DNA of 64,000 nt from Clostridium sp. (GTDB lineage Bacteria; Bacillota; Clostridia; TANB77; CAG-508), in the NCBI GenBank assembly GCA_018371855.1, contig JAHAKD010000001.1:219478-283477 (forward strand), given 5' to 3'. Every line of letters starts with the position of its first letter. Positions within the stretch are counted from its first letter, which is position 1. The notes beneath the pieces are model-generated. The model saw nothing but the letters and a program-made list of their open reading frames with translations, did no database searches and was not told the DNA's origin. The translations under genes were made by a program, and so were the position numbers. Below, one piece after another: positions 55,692 through 63,385 of the stretch.

Positions 55692-56725
55692 TTTTATATG
55701 GAAAAATCATTGATGAACCACGATACGACCAAGTAGAAGAAACCAATGAAACTTATTTTTACATAACTGTAGAGGATTTAAAACAAAATAAACAAAAAGT
55801 AGTTCTTTCTTATAATGTTAGTAATGATTATGAAATATATCAAATAGGTAAAAACATCAAAGCAGAAATTAAAATAGCAGAAGATATAAATTTAAATATA
55901 GCAACTAAAATTAATTTTATTACAAAACAAGAATTAATAGATAAGGCTCTAAATGAATACAGGAAAGGTAATATCTCTTTAGATAATTATATAAATGTAT
56001 GTAAAAGAAATTTACAAAATGATAATACTAAAGAACAAAAGAATTTATATAAACAAGATATTAAAAGATATAATATTTTAAGTTTTAAAGATAAAGAAAT
56101 TATAGAAAATCTTACAGAAGATGAAATTTATAGAAAAATTGAATCTTACTTAAAAGAATCTTTACAACTTGCTGATATTGATACTGATATAATTGGTATT
56201 CAACTTGTCGGATCAAGAACTAAAGGGATAAATAAATCAATTTCAGATTTAGATGTACTAGTAGAATATAATAACTCTGAAATTCACGAAGATGACCTTT
56301 TTAACTATTTAAATGATGAAGATGATAGATTATATATCAATGGAGTGAAAGTTGATTTTAATCCAATTAATGAAGAAAGGTCAGGGTATAATATAAAATC
56401 ATGGCTAAAAGAAAATTATAACTACGATAAAAATTTAGATGAAAAAGGAAATATAGTACATAACAATATGGAGGAAACTCAAAAGAAAGTAGAAACAATA
56501 TATGAAAAAGTAATTACTGATGGGCTAAAAGATACATTGTCTGGAAACTATGTAATAGATTTAAATAAGCTTAAATTAAATTCTAAGGAAGAAAATTTGT
56601 TTATTAATATGTTAAATAGTGATAATAGAATAAACGACCTAGAAATTAATCCTAAAACGAAAGAAATAGATATAATTTTCTACTTAGATTATTGCCCTAA
56701 CGTAGAAGATGAGGAGGAAATCTAA
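55688..56725 (+). CDS. Nucleotidyltransferase-fold protein (MNT/Pol-beta-like) with acidic tail (EDEEEI)
   Basis: LVGSRTKGINKSISDLDVLV is the GS-x9-DxD NTase signature. Confidence 0.55.
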   Translation: MILYGKIIDEPRYDQVEETNETYFYITVEDLKQNKQKVVLSYNVSNDYEIYQIGKNIKAEIKIAEDINLNIATKINFITKQELIDKALNEYRKGNISLDNYINVCKRNLQNDNTKEQKNLYKQDIKRYNILSFKDKEIIENLTEDEIYRKIESYLKESLQLADIDTDIIGIQLVGSRTKGINKSISDLDVLVEYNNSEIHEDDLFNYLNDEDDRLYINGVKVDFNPINEERSGYNIKSWLKENYNYDKNLDEKGNIVHNNMEETQKKVETIYEKVITDGLKDTLSGNYVIDLNKLKLNSKEENLFINMLNSDNRINDLEINPKTKEIDIIFYLDYCPNVEDEEEI

Positions 56726-56727
56726 TT

Positions 56728-57804
56728 ATGGGATTTACATTAGTAAAAAATTTAAGAGTTAATAAGGAAACAGGTGTAGTTTCTGGAGATTTTGCAGATA
56801 GTAATACTTTTGATTATTATAATAAACATATATATGAGCATTTAAAGGATATTTACCAAGATAAAGAAGGAAAACGTAATCCATTACAAAAATATTCTAG
56901 GTTTATTAGTGATATTATTGCTGGCAATATTCAAGGCTCTATTGGTAAATATAGTAAATTATCAATACCAAACTATTATGATGATTTAAGCTATTTTATG
57001 AGAGAAAGCGAAAATACTAAGGAAGATCCATTTGTTCTTACATATTTAAAATATAAAGACGAAATAAATAAAACTCTAACAGATAAACCAGAATATATAA
57101 TTAAAATAAATAATAATTTTTATTTACAAAAATTAAACAAAAAAACATATATTCCTACATATAAAAAAGAAAATGCACAATTATTTGCAGAATCAGATTT
57201 TAATAGAATTAAAGAAGCTTTTAACAATAGTATAGCAATAAATATTAATACAAATGAAGAAATAAGTTTAAAGAATTATGAAAGAAAAGTTATTCCTTCT
57301 GAAATTGAAAAAAATTACAATTTAAAGATTCCTACAAATGAATCATTTAAAGATATTTCTAAAAAAATAAATGATTTTAAACTTTATATAGATTCATTAA
57401 GTAATAAGAATGTAAATAAAAACACAATTACAGAAGTATTTAATGAAGAAATAAATAGAATTTTAAACAATAATCTTCCTGGTGAAAAACCGTTTTTTAG
57501 TTTTGGAAGGAAAACAGAAAATAATGAATTACCTAATATTGTAACAATACTTTATCCGATATTAAATGAAACTACGTCATTAGATGATAATAAGAAATAT
57601 TATGTTGGATATAAATTTAAATGCTTAAATCTTGAAAAAAATATTGAAAATGAATATGACGGAGGACATTTATCAATAGGTTATTTATTAGATAGTGAAT
57701 CAACTTTAAAAAAAGAATTATATAATGTTGAGAAAAATTTTGAAAAAGATGTTTTAAATTATGAAAAACACAAAAATGAAGAAGTAGAAGAAGATGAAAT
57801 TTAA
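56728..57804 (+). CDS. Acidic-tail protein (EVEEDEI), function unknown
   Basis: 358 aa. The SD GAGGAGGA lies in the upstream tail codons. Confidence 0.65.
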   Translation: MGFTLVKNLRVNKETGVVSGDFADSNTFDYYNKHIYEHLKDIYQDKEGKRNPLQKYSRFISDIIAGNIQGSIGKYSKLSIPNYYDDLSYFMRESENTKEDPFVLTYLKYKDEINKTLTDKPEYIIKINNNFYLQKLNKKTYIPTYKKENAQLFAESDFNRIKEAFNNSIAININTNEEISLKNYERKVIPSEIEKNYNLKIPTNESFKDISKKINDFKLYIDSLSNKNVNKNTITEVFNEEINRILNNNLPGEKPFFSFGRKTENNELPNIVTILYPILNETTSLDDNKKYYVGYKFKCLNLEKNIENEYDGGHLSIGYLLDSESTLKKELYNVEKNFEKDVLNYEKHKNEEVEEDEI

Positions 57805-57818
57805 AGAGGTGAATATAA

Positions 57819-58754
57819 ATGCAAAATTTTTTAAGTGATGAAGAAAAAATGAAGGACTTTAAAAAATTATCAAAAAATGAATTTTTAGATAGTTATAGTT
57901 ATTTAACAGAAGAAGAATATGATAATACTAAAAAACTGTATAATTCTTTATTAGATAAAATTAAAAGTTATGATGAAATTAAAATTAGACAAGAAGAATT
58001 GCAAACAAAATTAAAGAAAATAGAAAATCAAATATTAAATATGATACCTAATAATATATCAAAAGAAAATTTTAGTAATCTAATTAATGAAATTAGATAT
58101 GATTATCATGAAAAAGATAATATAGAAAATAGAGAAATTAATATGTTAAATGCTTTCAAACAAAATAATATTAAGCTTTGTAATACTTATTTAACTAAAG
58201 GAGTTAGTCCAGATAAAATTTTTCAATATATAAGAAATGTTGGATATAATAATTTTTGTTTAGATCAACAAGAATTTTTTAATAAGAATTTTAAACCTAA
58301 AGTAATTACTAAAGAACAATTTGATGTATTATATAAAAAATTTGAAAATAAACAAGCTTTCACTAAAGAAGAATTAGGAAACTTTTTAATTAAGGAAAAT
58401 GGAATTTATACAGCAATAGATAATACATCTGGAAATTTGTTTACAGAAGATTTTAAGGATAGAACTTTAGCTCTTAGATATTTAAATGGTGAAGGAATAG
58501 AAAAATTAAGAGATGAAGAATGTAGGTATGAAATAGGAATATATGAAACAAAAGAAGATTATGAGCAAGGCGAGCCTTTTCAGCACGATGTAATTTCAGA
58601 TTTAAAAGAAGCAGAAAATATATTAAATAATTTAATGAAGTCAAATAATTATTATTCTGGATTTGTATTAGACCAAAAAACTGGAATTGAAGAATATGCG
58701 TATTATAGTGATGAGCAAATAGAAGATGAAGAAGGCGAGGAAGATGAAATTTAA
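57819..58754 (+). CDS. Acidic-tail protein (EGEEDEI) with YxAIDNxxG module
   Basis: 311 aa. Contains GNFLIKENGIYTAIDNTSGNLFTEDF. Confidence 0.65.
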   Translation: MQNFLSDEEKMKDFKKLSKNEFLDSYSYLTEEEYDNTKKLYNSLLDKIKSYDEIKIRQEELQTKLKKIENQILNMIPNNISKENFSNLINEIRYDYHEKDNIENREINMLNAFKQNNIKLCNTYLTKGVSPDKIFQYIRNVGYNNFCLDQQEFFNKNFKPKVITKEQFDVLYKKFENKQAFTKEELGNFLIKENGIYTAIDNTSGNLFTEDFKDRTLALRYLNGEGIEKLRDEECRYEIGIYETKEDYEQGEPFQHDVISDLKEAENILNNLMKSNNYYSGFVLDQKTGIEEYAYYSDEQIEDEEGEEDEI

Positions 58755-58826
58755 ATCATCTTCTTTTTTTCTCTTTTTAATATTTTGGTAATTCAACAGC
58801 CTCAACGGTTATAGAAACAATATGTA

Positions 58827-58880
58827 GACAAGAGGTACAATATTATAGGGACAAAAAGTACGATATTAATGGACGTAAGA
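58827..58880 (+). repeat. Two to three direct repeats GACAA(G/A)A(G/A)GTAC(A/G)ATATTA
   Basis: Units at 58827-58845 and 58850-58868, with a degenerate third from 58872. Confidence 0.5.
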
Positions 58881-58932
58881 AAAAACATTTTTCCCTAATT
58901 GATACTATAGATCAATAAAATAATATTTTTTA

Positions 58933-58961
58933 TTGACAAAAGGTATACTTTAGTGTATAAT
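58933..58961 (+). promoter_or_regulatory. Consensus sigma-A promoter upstream of the recombination module
   Basis: TTGACA-17 nt-TATAAT with TG at -15/-14. Confidence 0.7.
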
Positions 58962-59058
58962 GTAAAGTGTTGCTTTTAATATATTAAATTAGAAAGGAGG
59001 ATCTAAATATACCAAAGATTAAGCAACTAAAATATTATTATATATGAGGAGAAAAGAT

Positions 59059-59397
59059 ATGCCAAAGAGAAAAATTGAGCCTTCTGAATATCCAAATATT
59101 TTAGAACTATATGAAAGTGGCTTAGCTCCAGAACAAATAGCAAAAAAGTATCATGTAGGTAGAACTTCAATTTTATATATATTAAATAAATATTATCCAA
59201 AAGAATTTGAAGAAATTAGACTTAGAGATAGAAATGTAAAAGTCTTTTTTGTTAAAAAAAGTAGCCCCAAAATTGCTATTCCAAAATTATTTTTTAGCAA
59301 AATAAATGTAGATGAAAATAACCCAAAAGTTCAAGTACATCTAAATGAAAAAGACAAAACTATTATTTTAAAAAAGCCAATAGAAAATGATGTTTAG
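59059..59397 (+). CDS. HTH plus AbrB/SpoVT-like DNA-binding protein (candidate regulator or recombination directionality factor)
   Basis: LAPEQIAKKYHVGRTSILYIL is an HTH. The C-terminal KIAIPKLFFSKINV...KVQVHLNEKDKTIILKK is swapped-hairpin-like. ATG 59059 lies 6 nt after GAGGAG. Confidence 0.45.
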   Translation: MPKRKIEPSEYPNILELYESGLAPEQIAKKYHVGRTSILYILNKYYPKEFEEIRLRDRNVKVFFVKKSSPKIAIPKLFFSKINVDENNPKVQVHLNEKDKTIILKKPIENDV

Positions 59398-59410
59398 AAG
59401 TAAAAAAATA

Positions 59411-59448
59411 TTTAAGGCTCTTTTTGCGTGCAAGCCTTAAATAATTTT
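59411..59448 (+). terminator. Terminator-like hairpin
   Basis: TTTAAGGCT-N13-AGCCTTAAA. Confidence 0.45.
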
Positions 59449-59568
59449 CAATTTAATATTAAATTAAAGTTATTTGCATTTCTTTATTCTTTACTTATAA
59501 TAATATATTTAACCCTAGTTGTCAATAAAATTTTGAAAAAAATATGAGAAAAAAGGAGTGAAATTTGT

Positions 59569-60552
59569 ATGAAAAATACAGATATTAAAAATATTCCAGA
59601 TATTTTAAAATATTTTTTAAGTTACTTAAAAGCTCATAATTTTTCAGATGGTACAATTACTGTTTATAGGGATCATGTATATGAATTTTTATCGTTTTAT
59701 AAAGATTATAAAGATTTAGATATTGAATTAAAAAATATTGGAATATTCATTGTCTTACAAATTGAAACAGCAGATATTAGAGCTTATTTAGTTCATCTAA
59801 GTTATGATTCAAAAAACAATTCGAGTACACGAGAAAATAAACTTAATGCTATATCTTCATTCTTTAGTTGGGTACTTTCTACTAATCCAAATTTAAAAAA
59901 AGAAGAAAATCCTACTTATGGAATTAATGATATAACAAGAATAAACAAATTGCCGAAATATTTAAATTTAGATAATGCACATAAGATTCAATCCATTTTT
60001 GATAATAATAATTGTAGAAATCCTATTAGAAATAATATGATAATAACTTTATTTTTAGCTACAGGAATAAGACTTTCTGAATTACACAATTTAAATATTG
60101 AAGATGTTATATTAGATGAAAACTGTCTTTTTATCAAAAAAGGTAAAGGAAAAAAAGATAGATACGCTTATTATAATGATAATTGCAAAAAACAATTAGA
60201 AGAATATCTAAGATATAGAAATAAAATTGAAGTGGATTCAAATGCACTATTTTTAAGCGAAAGAGGTGAAAGACTAGCCAGAAGGACTATCCAATATATA
60301 ATAGAAAAAGCTTATGAACTTATGGGATTAAATGATTTTGACTTCTCTGTTCATACATTAAGACATACATTTGCTACATTAACTTATATATATGTAAAAC
60401 AAGATGTACTTTTACTTAAAGAAATGTTAGGTCATGCTAGAATAACTTCAACTGAAATTTATACTCATGTTGCAGATAAACAAATTGAAAATGCTATGAA
60501 TAGTAATCCTTTAAGTAATTTTGATGTAACAAAATATAACAAAACAGCATAG
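59569..60552 (+). CDS. Tyrosine recombinase (XerC/XerD-like) 1
   Basis: ATGIRLSEL (Arg), HTLRHTFAT (His-x-x-Arg) and LGHARITSTEIYTHV (His, Tyr). Confidence 0.85.
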   Translation: MKNTDIKNIPDILKYFLSYLKAHNFSDGTITVYRDHVYEFLSFYKDYKDLDIELKNIGIFIVLQIETADIRAYLVHLSYDSKNNSSTRENKLNAISSFFSWVLSTNPNLKKEENPTYGINDITRINKLPKYLNLDNAHKIQSIFDNNNCRNPIRNNMIITLFLATGIRLSELHNLNIEDVILDENCLFIKKGKGKKDRYAYYNDNCKKQLEEYLRYRNKIEVDSNALFLSERGERLARRTIQYIIEKAYELMGLNDFDFSVHTLRHTFATLTYIYVKQDVLLLKEMLGHARITSTEIYTHVADKQIENAMNSNPLSNFDVTKYNKTA

Positions 60553-60569
60553 AAGGAGATGATTTTTAA

Positions 60570-60830
60570 ATGAATAATGAAAATAAAATTCACAGAAACA
60601 CTATAGAATTACTGGATTGTCAAGTCAATCTAATTTTAAAAAGTTTAGGATTTTATTTAAATACTTTTGAAAATTTTTCTTTTTCTAATAATGCTAATAT
60701 GAATAAAGAATTAGAATTACAAACAAGTATAATTCGTGATACATATAATCAAATACTTAACGAGTGCAAAGATGGAATACAAAATCCAGCAATAGATACT
60801 TATTATAAAATAACAGAAAAAACAGCTTAA
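60570..60830 (+). CDS. Small protein between the two recombinases
   Basis: 86 aa with RBS AAGGAGA. Confidence 0.55.
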   Translation: MNNENKIHRNTIELLDCQVNLILKSLGFYLNTFENFSFSNNANMNKELELQTSIIRDTYNQILNECKDGIQNPAIDTYYKITEKTA

Positions 60831-60846
60831 AATAGGAGGGAGAGAT

Positions 60847-61833
60847 ATGTATAGAAGTAAGGAAATTAAAATTAATTTTGATAAAAATCCAGATTTTCTT
60901 AATGAAATGTTAAATTACTATATTGTAGTCTTAAATAGATCTCCCTCTTCAATGAAGGAAGAAAATATTGTTTTAAGAAATTTCTTAAAATATATTGCAG
61001 TAAAATTTAAAATTAAAGAAGAAAATACAGATATGGATATTTCTAATCTTAGTATAGATATTTTAAAAAAGGTAAGGAAGGTACATATTGAAAATTATTT
61101 ATCTTATTTAAGTACAATAAATAAATCTAGTACTATATCTAAAAAAGTCTGTTGTATTAGACATCTGTTTTATTATTTTAGTGAAAAGAATAAAATATTA
61201 AAAGAAAATCCTACTAAAGATTTAAAATGTTTAAGAAGGGAAAAGAGCCTTCCTAAATATTTATCCTTAGAAGAAAGTAAAAAAGTATTAACAGATACTT
61301 ATAATAACGAGGAAGATAAATATTATCTTAGAAATTATTGTATTGTTACTTTATTTTTAAATTTAGGAATAAGAGTAGCAGAATTAGTAAGTATTGATAT
61401 TAACGATATAAATGAAAATAAAATTACAATATTAGGAAAGGGAAGAGAGGAAAGAGTTTTATACTTAAATGAGATAAGTTTAAAAGCAATCGAAGAATAT
61501 CTAAAAAATAGGATTAAGCCAGAATTAATAATACCAGATGAGCAACACTCTGAAAGAGCATTATTTTTAAGTTCAAGAAAAACTAGAATCTCTATAAGAG
61601 CAGTACAAGTAATAATAGAAAATGCTTTTAAAGAAGCTGGATTAGATTATAAAAATCTTTCTGTTCATAAATTAAGACATACATGTGCAACTTTACTATA
61701 TCTATATGGAAATATAGATATAAGGACAATACAAAAAGTATTAGGACATGATTATATAGAAACTACAGAAATATATACTCATATTAACAACAAATACATA
61801 AAAGAATTGATTAGGAATAGTCCGATAGTATAA
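60847..61833 (+). CDS. Tyrosine recombinase (XerC/XerD-like) 2
   Basis: LGIRVAEL, HKLRHTCAT and LGHDYIETTEIYTHI. Confidence 0.85.
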   Translation: MYRSKEIKINFDKNPDFLNEMLNYYIVVLNRSPSSMKEENIVLRNFLKYIAVKFKIKEENTDMDISNLSIDILKKVRKVHIENYLSYLSTINKSSTISKKVCCIRHLFYYFSEKNKILKENPTKDLKCLRREKSLPKYLSLEESKKVLTDTYNNEEDKYYLRNYCIVTLFLNLGIRVAELVSIDINDINENKITILGKGREERVLYLNEISLKAIEEYLKNRIKPELIIPDEQHSERALFLSSRKTRISIRAVQVIIENAFKEAGLDYKNLSVHKLRHTCATLLYLYGNIDIRTIQKVLGHDYIETTEIYTHINNKYIKELIRNSPIV

Positions 61834-61919
61834 CTTATCATCTGTTATTAATTACTAAAAAGTTAAAAAACTTGAAAGTATTGAAATATATGTATTTTAT
61901 AAAAAAGTAGTTAAAAATT

Positions 61920-61943
61920 GACGCACGAGAATCAATTTTAAGC
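61920..61943 (+). repeat. GC-rich motif GACGCACGAGAATCAATTTTAAGC, copy 2
   Basis: Forms an inverted pair with 62684-62707, bracketing the right junction. Confidence 0.7.
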
Positions 61944-62066
61944 CATTTTTATTTTTCAGTAATATAGTTTTATTTCTAAAAAAGTCTTAAAATAGTATAA
62001 AATAAGCTTTTTAAGAAATTATAGAAAAATTACTCAAAAGTTTTTGTAAAAAATTCTAAAAAATAC

Positions 62067-62095
62067 TTGACAACAAAAATTTGTAATGATATATA
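62067..62095 (+). promoter_or_regulatory. Sigma-A-like promoter pointing toward the right junction
   Basis: TTGACA-17 nt-TATATA. Confidence 0.4.
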
Positions 62096-62197
62096 GTAAA
62101 TAACTTAATAATTTGTTTTAAAAATATAATTTATTTAAGTTGTTTGCATTGAATGTTAGGATTCTATGTAGATTAAGAATTAAATTTAGGAGATAGG

Positions 62198-62211
62198 AAG
62201 GGCTAGCCCTT
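62198..62211. repeat. GC-rich perfect palindrome AAGGGCTAGCCCTT
   Basis: Self-complementary 14-mer, 10 nt upstream of the right direct repeat. Confidence 0.7.
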
Positions 62212-62221
62212 TAAAAAAAGC

Positions 62222-62242
62222 AATATATAACATTGCACAAAA
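62222..62242 (+). repeat. 21-bp direct repeat, right copy (candidate attR core)
   Basis: Exact match to 15-35. Confidence 0.6.
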
Positions 62243-62259
62243 TCAAAGTTTTGTGCAAT
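62232..62259. repeat. 28-bp perfect palindrome ATTGCACAAAA-TCAAAG-TTTTGTGCAAT (11-6-11)
   Basis: The two 11-bp arms are exact reverse complements. This geometry fits a tyrosine-recombinase core site. Confidence 0.7.
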
Positions 62260-62683
62260 AAGGCGTAGGGGTAAAATATAAAGATTATGTTCTGGTACTC
62301 CTTGATACATCTGGCTTACAGCTATTTATGTACTTCTTCTTTTTCTCTAAATATTGCTTATTTTATGTGTTTTTATTATTTCTTATTATTTTATATTATT
62401 CATTATTATTTGTATTAAATTTGTAATTATATATAATTTGTTATCCTTAATATTTAAACCTTTTAAAATCAATTTTAAAGCTTTTTAATTTTATTATTAT
62501 ATAACTTGTTATCTAATTATTTTTTTATTATCTTATTTATTATTTTATCTGAAGAAATTTTTTATTACTTTTATATTATTTGTATTTTTTTAGAAAATTT
62601 TATCCAATTTGCTCAAAGTCGCTAAAACCCTCTATTTGCCGTATTTTTAAGACAACAAACTATATGTCTAAAATATAAAAACG

Positions 62684-62707
62684 GCTTAAAATCGATTCTC
62701 GTGCGTC
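62684..62707 (-). repeat. GC-rich motif, copy 3 (inverted; one A-to-G difference)
   Basis: The reverse complement reads GACGCACGAGAATCGATTTTAAGC. Confidence 0.7.
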
Positions 62708-63154
62708 GTATTTTTGACACTTTTTAGCCATTTTTTGAAAGTATTGATTTATAGGCATTTATAAGTATTTTTATATATTTTATCTATATTAGATATAACA
62801 TTTTATATATTCTAAACATATAACTTGTTAGGTTTATTATTAAAATGTCTTAAAAACGATTTTAAAGCTTAATAAATTATAATTTTATTTGCATAATCTA
62901 AGTAGCTTTTTATAATTTAATTTTCATATTACTAAATCTATTTTACAATTTATAATTTTAGTTTTCTTATTATAATGTATCTTAATTTTAATTCAAATTA
63001 GATTTTAAACAATTTATTTAATCAAAATGATAAATTACATATTATAAATATAAATTCATTTTAAAACTAATTTTTAGTTATTGATTTTTAATTTGAACTG
63101 TTCAAATGTTCGTTTTTGAGATTTTAGTGTTTGGTATAAAAATTTTATAATTTA

Positions 63155-63169
63155 AACATTGCACAAAAT
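63155..63169 (+). repeat. Partial third copy of the junction repeat (AACATTGCACAAAAT)
   Basis: 15-nt match to 62229-62243. Confidence 0.5.
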
Positions 63170-63385
63170 TTTGAATTATATAATTTATTATAATTTTATT
63201 TGTATCTTAAATTTATTTTTTAAAAATAGCCTATTGCCCTACTCCCTTCTATAAAACCTGTAAAACAAAAAAGATTAGTTATATTTCAAACTAATCTCAT
63301 AAATTGTAAGTTGACGAGATGCATTATCTTCAAACATCATTCAAAATATATGAACAAATCTATATAAAATTTTAATCTTAATGTT

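Larger units (their letters stand above)
15..62242. mobile_element. Putative ~62-kb conjugative element (ICE-like or integrated plasmid): T4SS, relaxase/oriT, Rep, ParB, Topo III, sortase and adhesins, tandem tyrosine recombinases
   Basis: Identical 21-bp direct repeats at 15-35 and 62222-62242, with sequences diverging immediately after each copy. All CDSs between them are on the + strand. Recombinases lie at the right end. The flank gene at 63386-64000 is on the - strand. Confidence 0.55.

Noticed and set aside
19146-58754. The acidic tail could be merely a by-product of embedding a Shine-Dalgarno sequence for the next gene.
   Set aside because: The same tail occurs at about 10 genes that are followed by a terminator or spacer rather than a coupled gene (for example 20928, 28567, 35688, 36517, 51169 and 58754). 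The tail also extends beyond the SD-coding codons.
19146-58754. The ...DEL endings resemble the eukaryotic KDEL/HDEL ER-retrieval signal.
   Set aside because: The context is bacterial, position -4 is acidic rather than K/H/R, and the Ile/Val and ...EESI variants do not fit KDEL-receptor rules.
62232-62259. The 28-bp 11-6-11 palindrome could be the host chromosomal dif site.
   Set aside because: The sequence does not resemble the Firmicutes dif consensus I know (ACTTCCTAGAATATATATTATGTAAACT-like), and the arms are perfectly symmetric, unlike XerC/XerD half-sites. It is kept only as a candidate site for the element's own recombinases.
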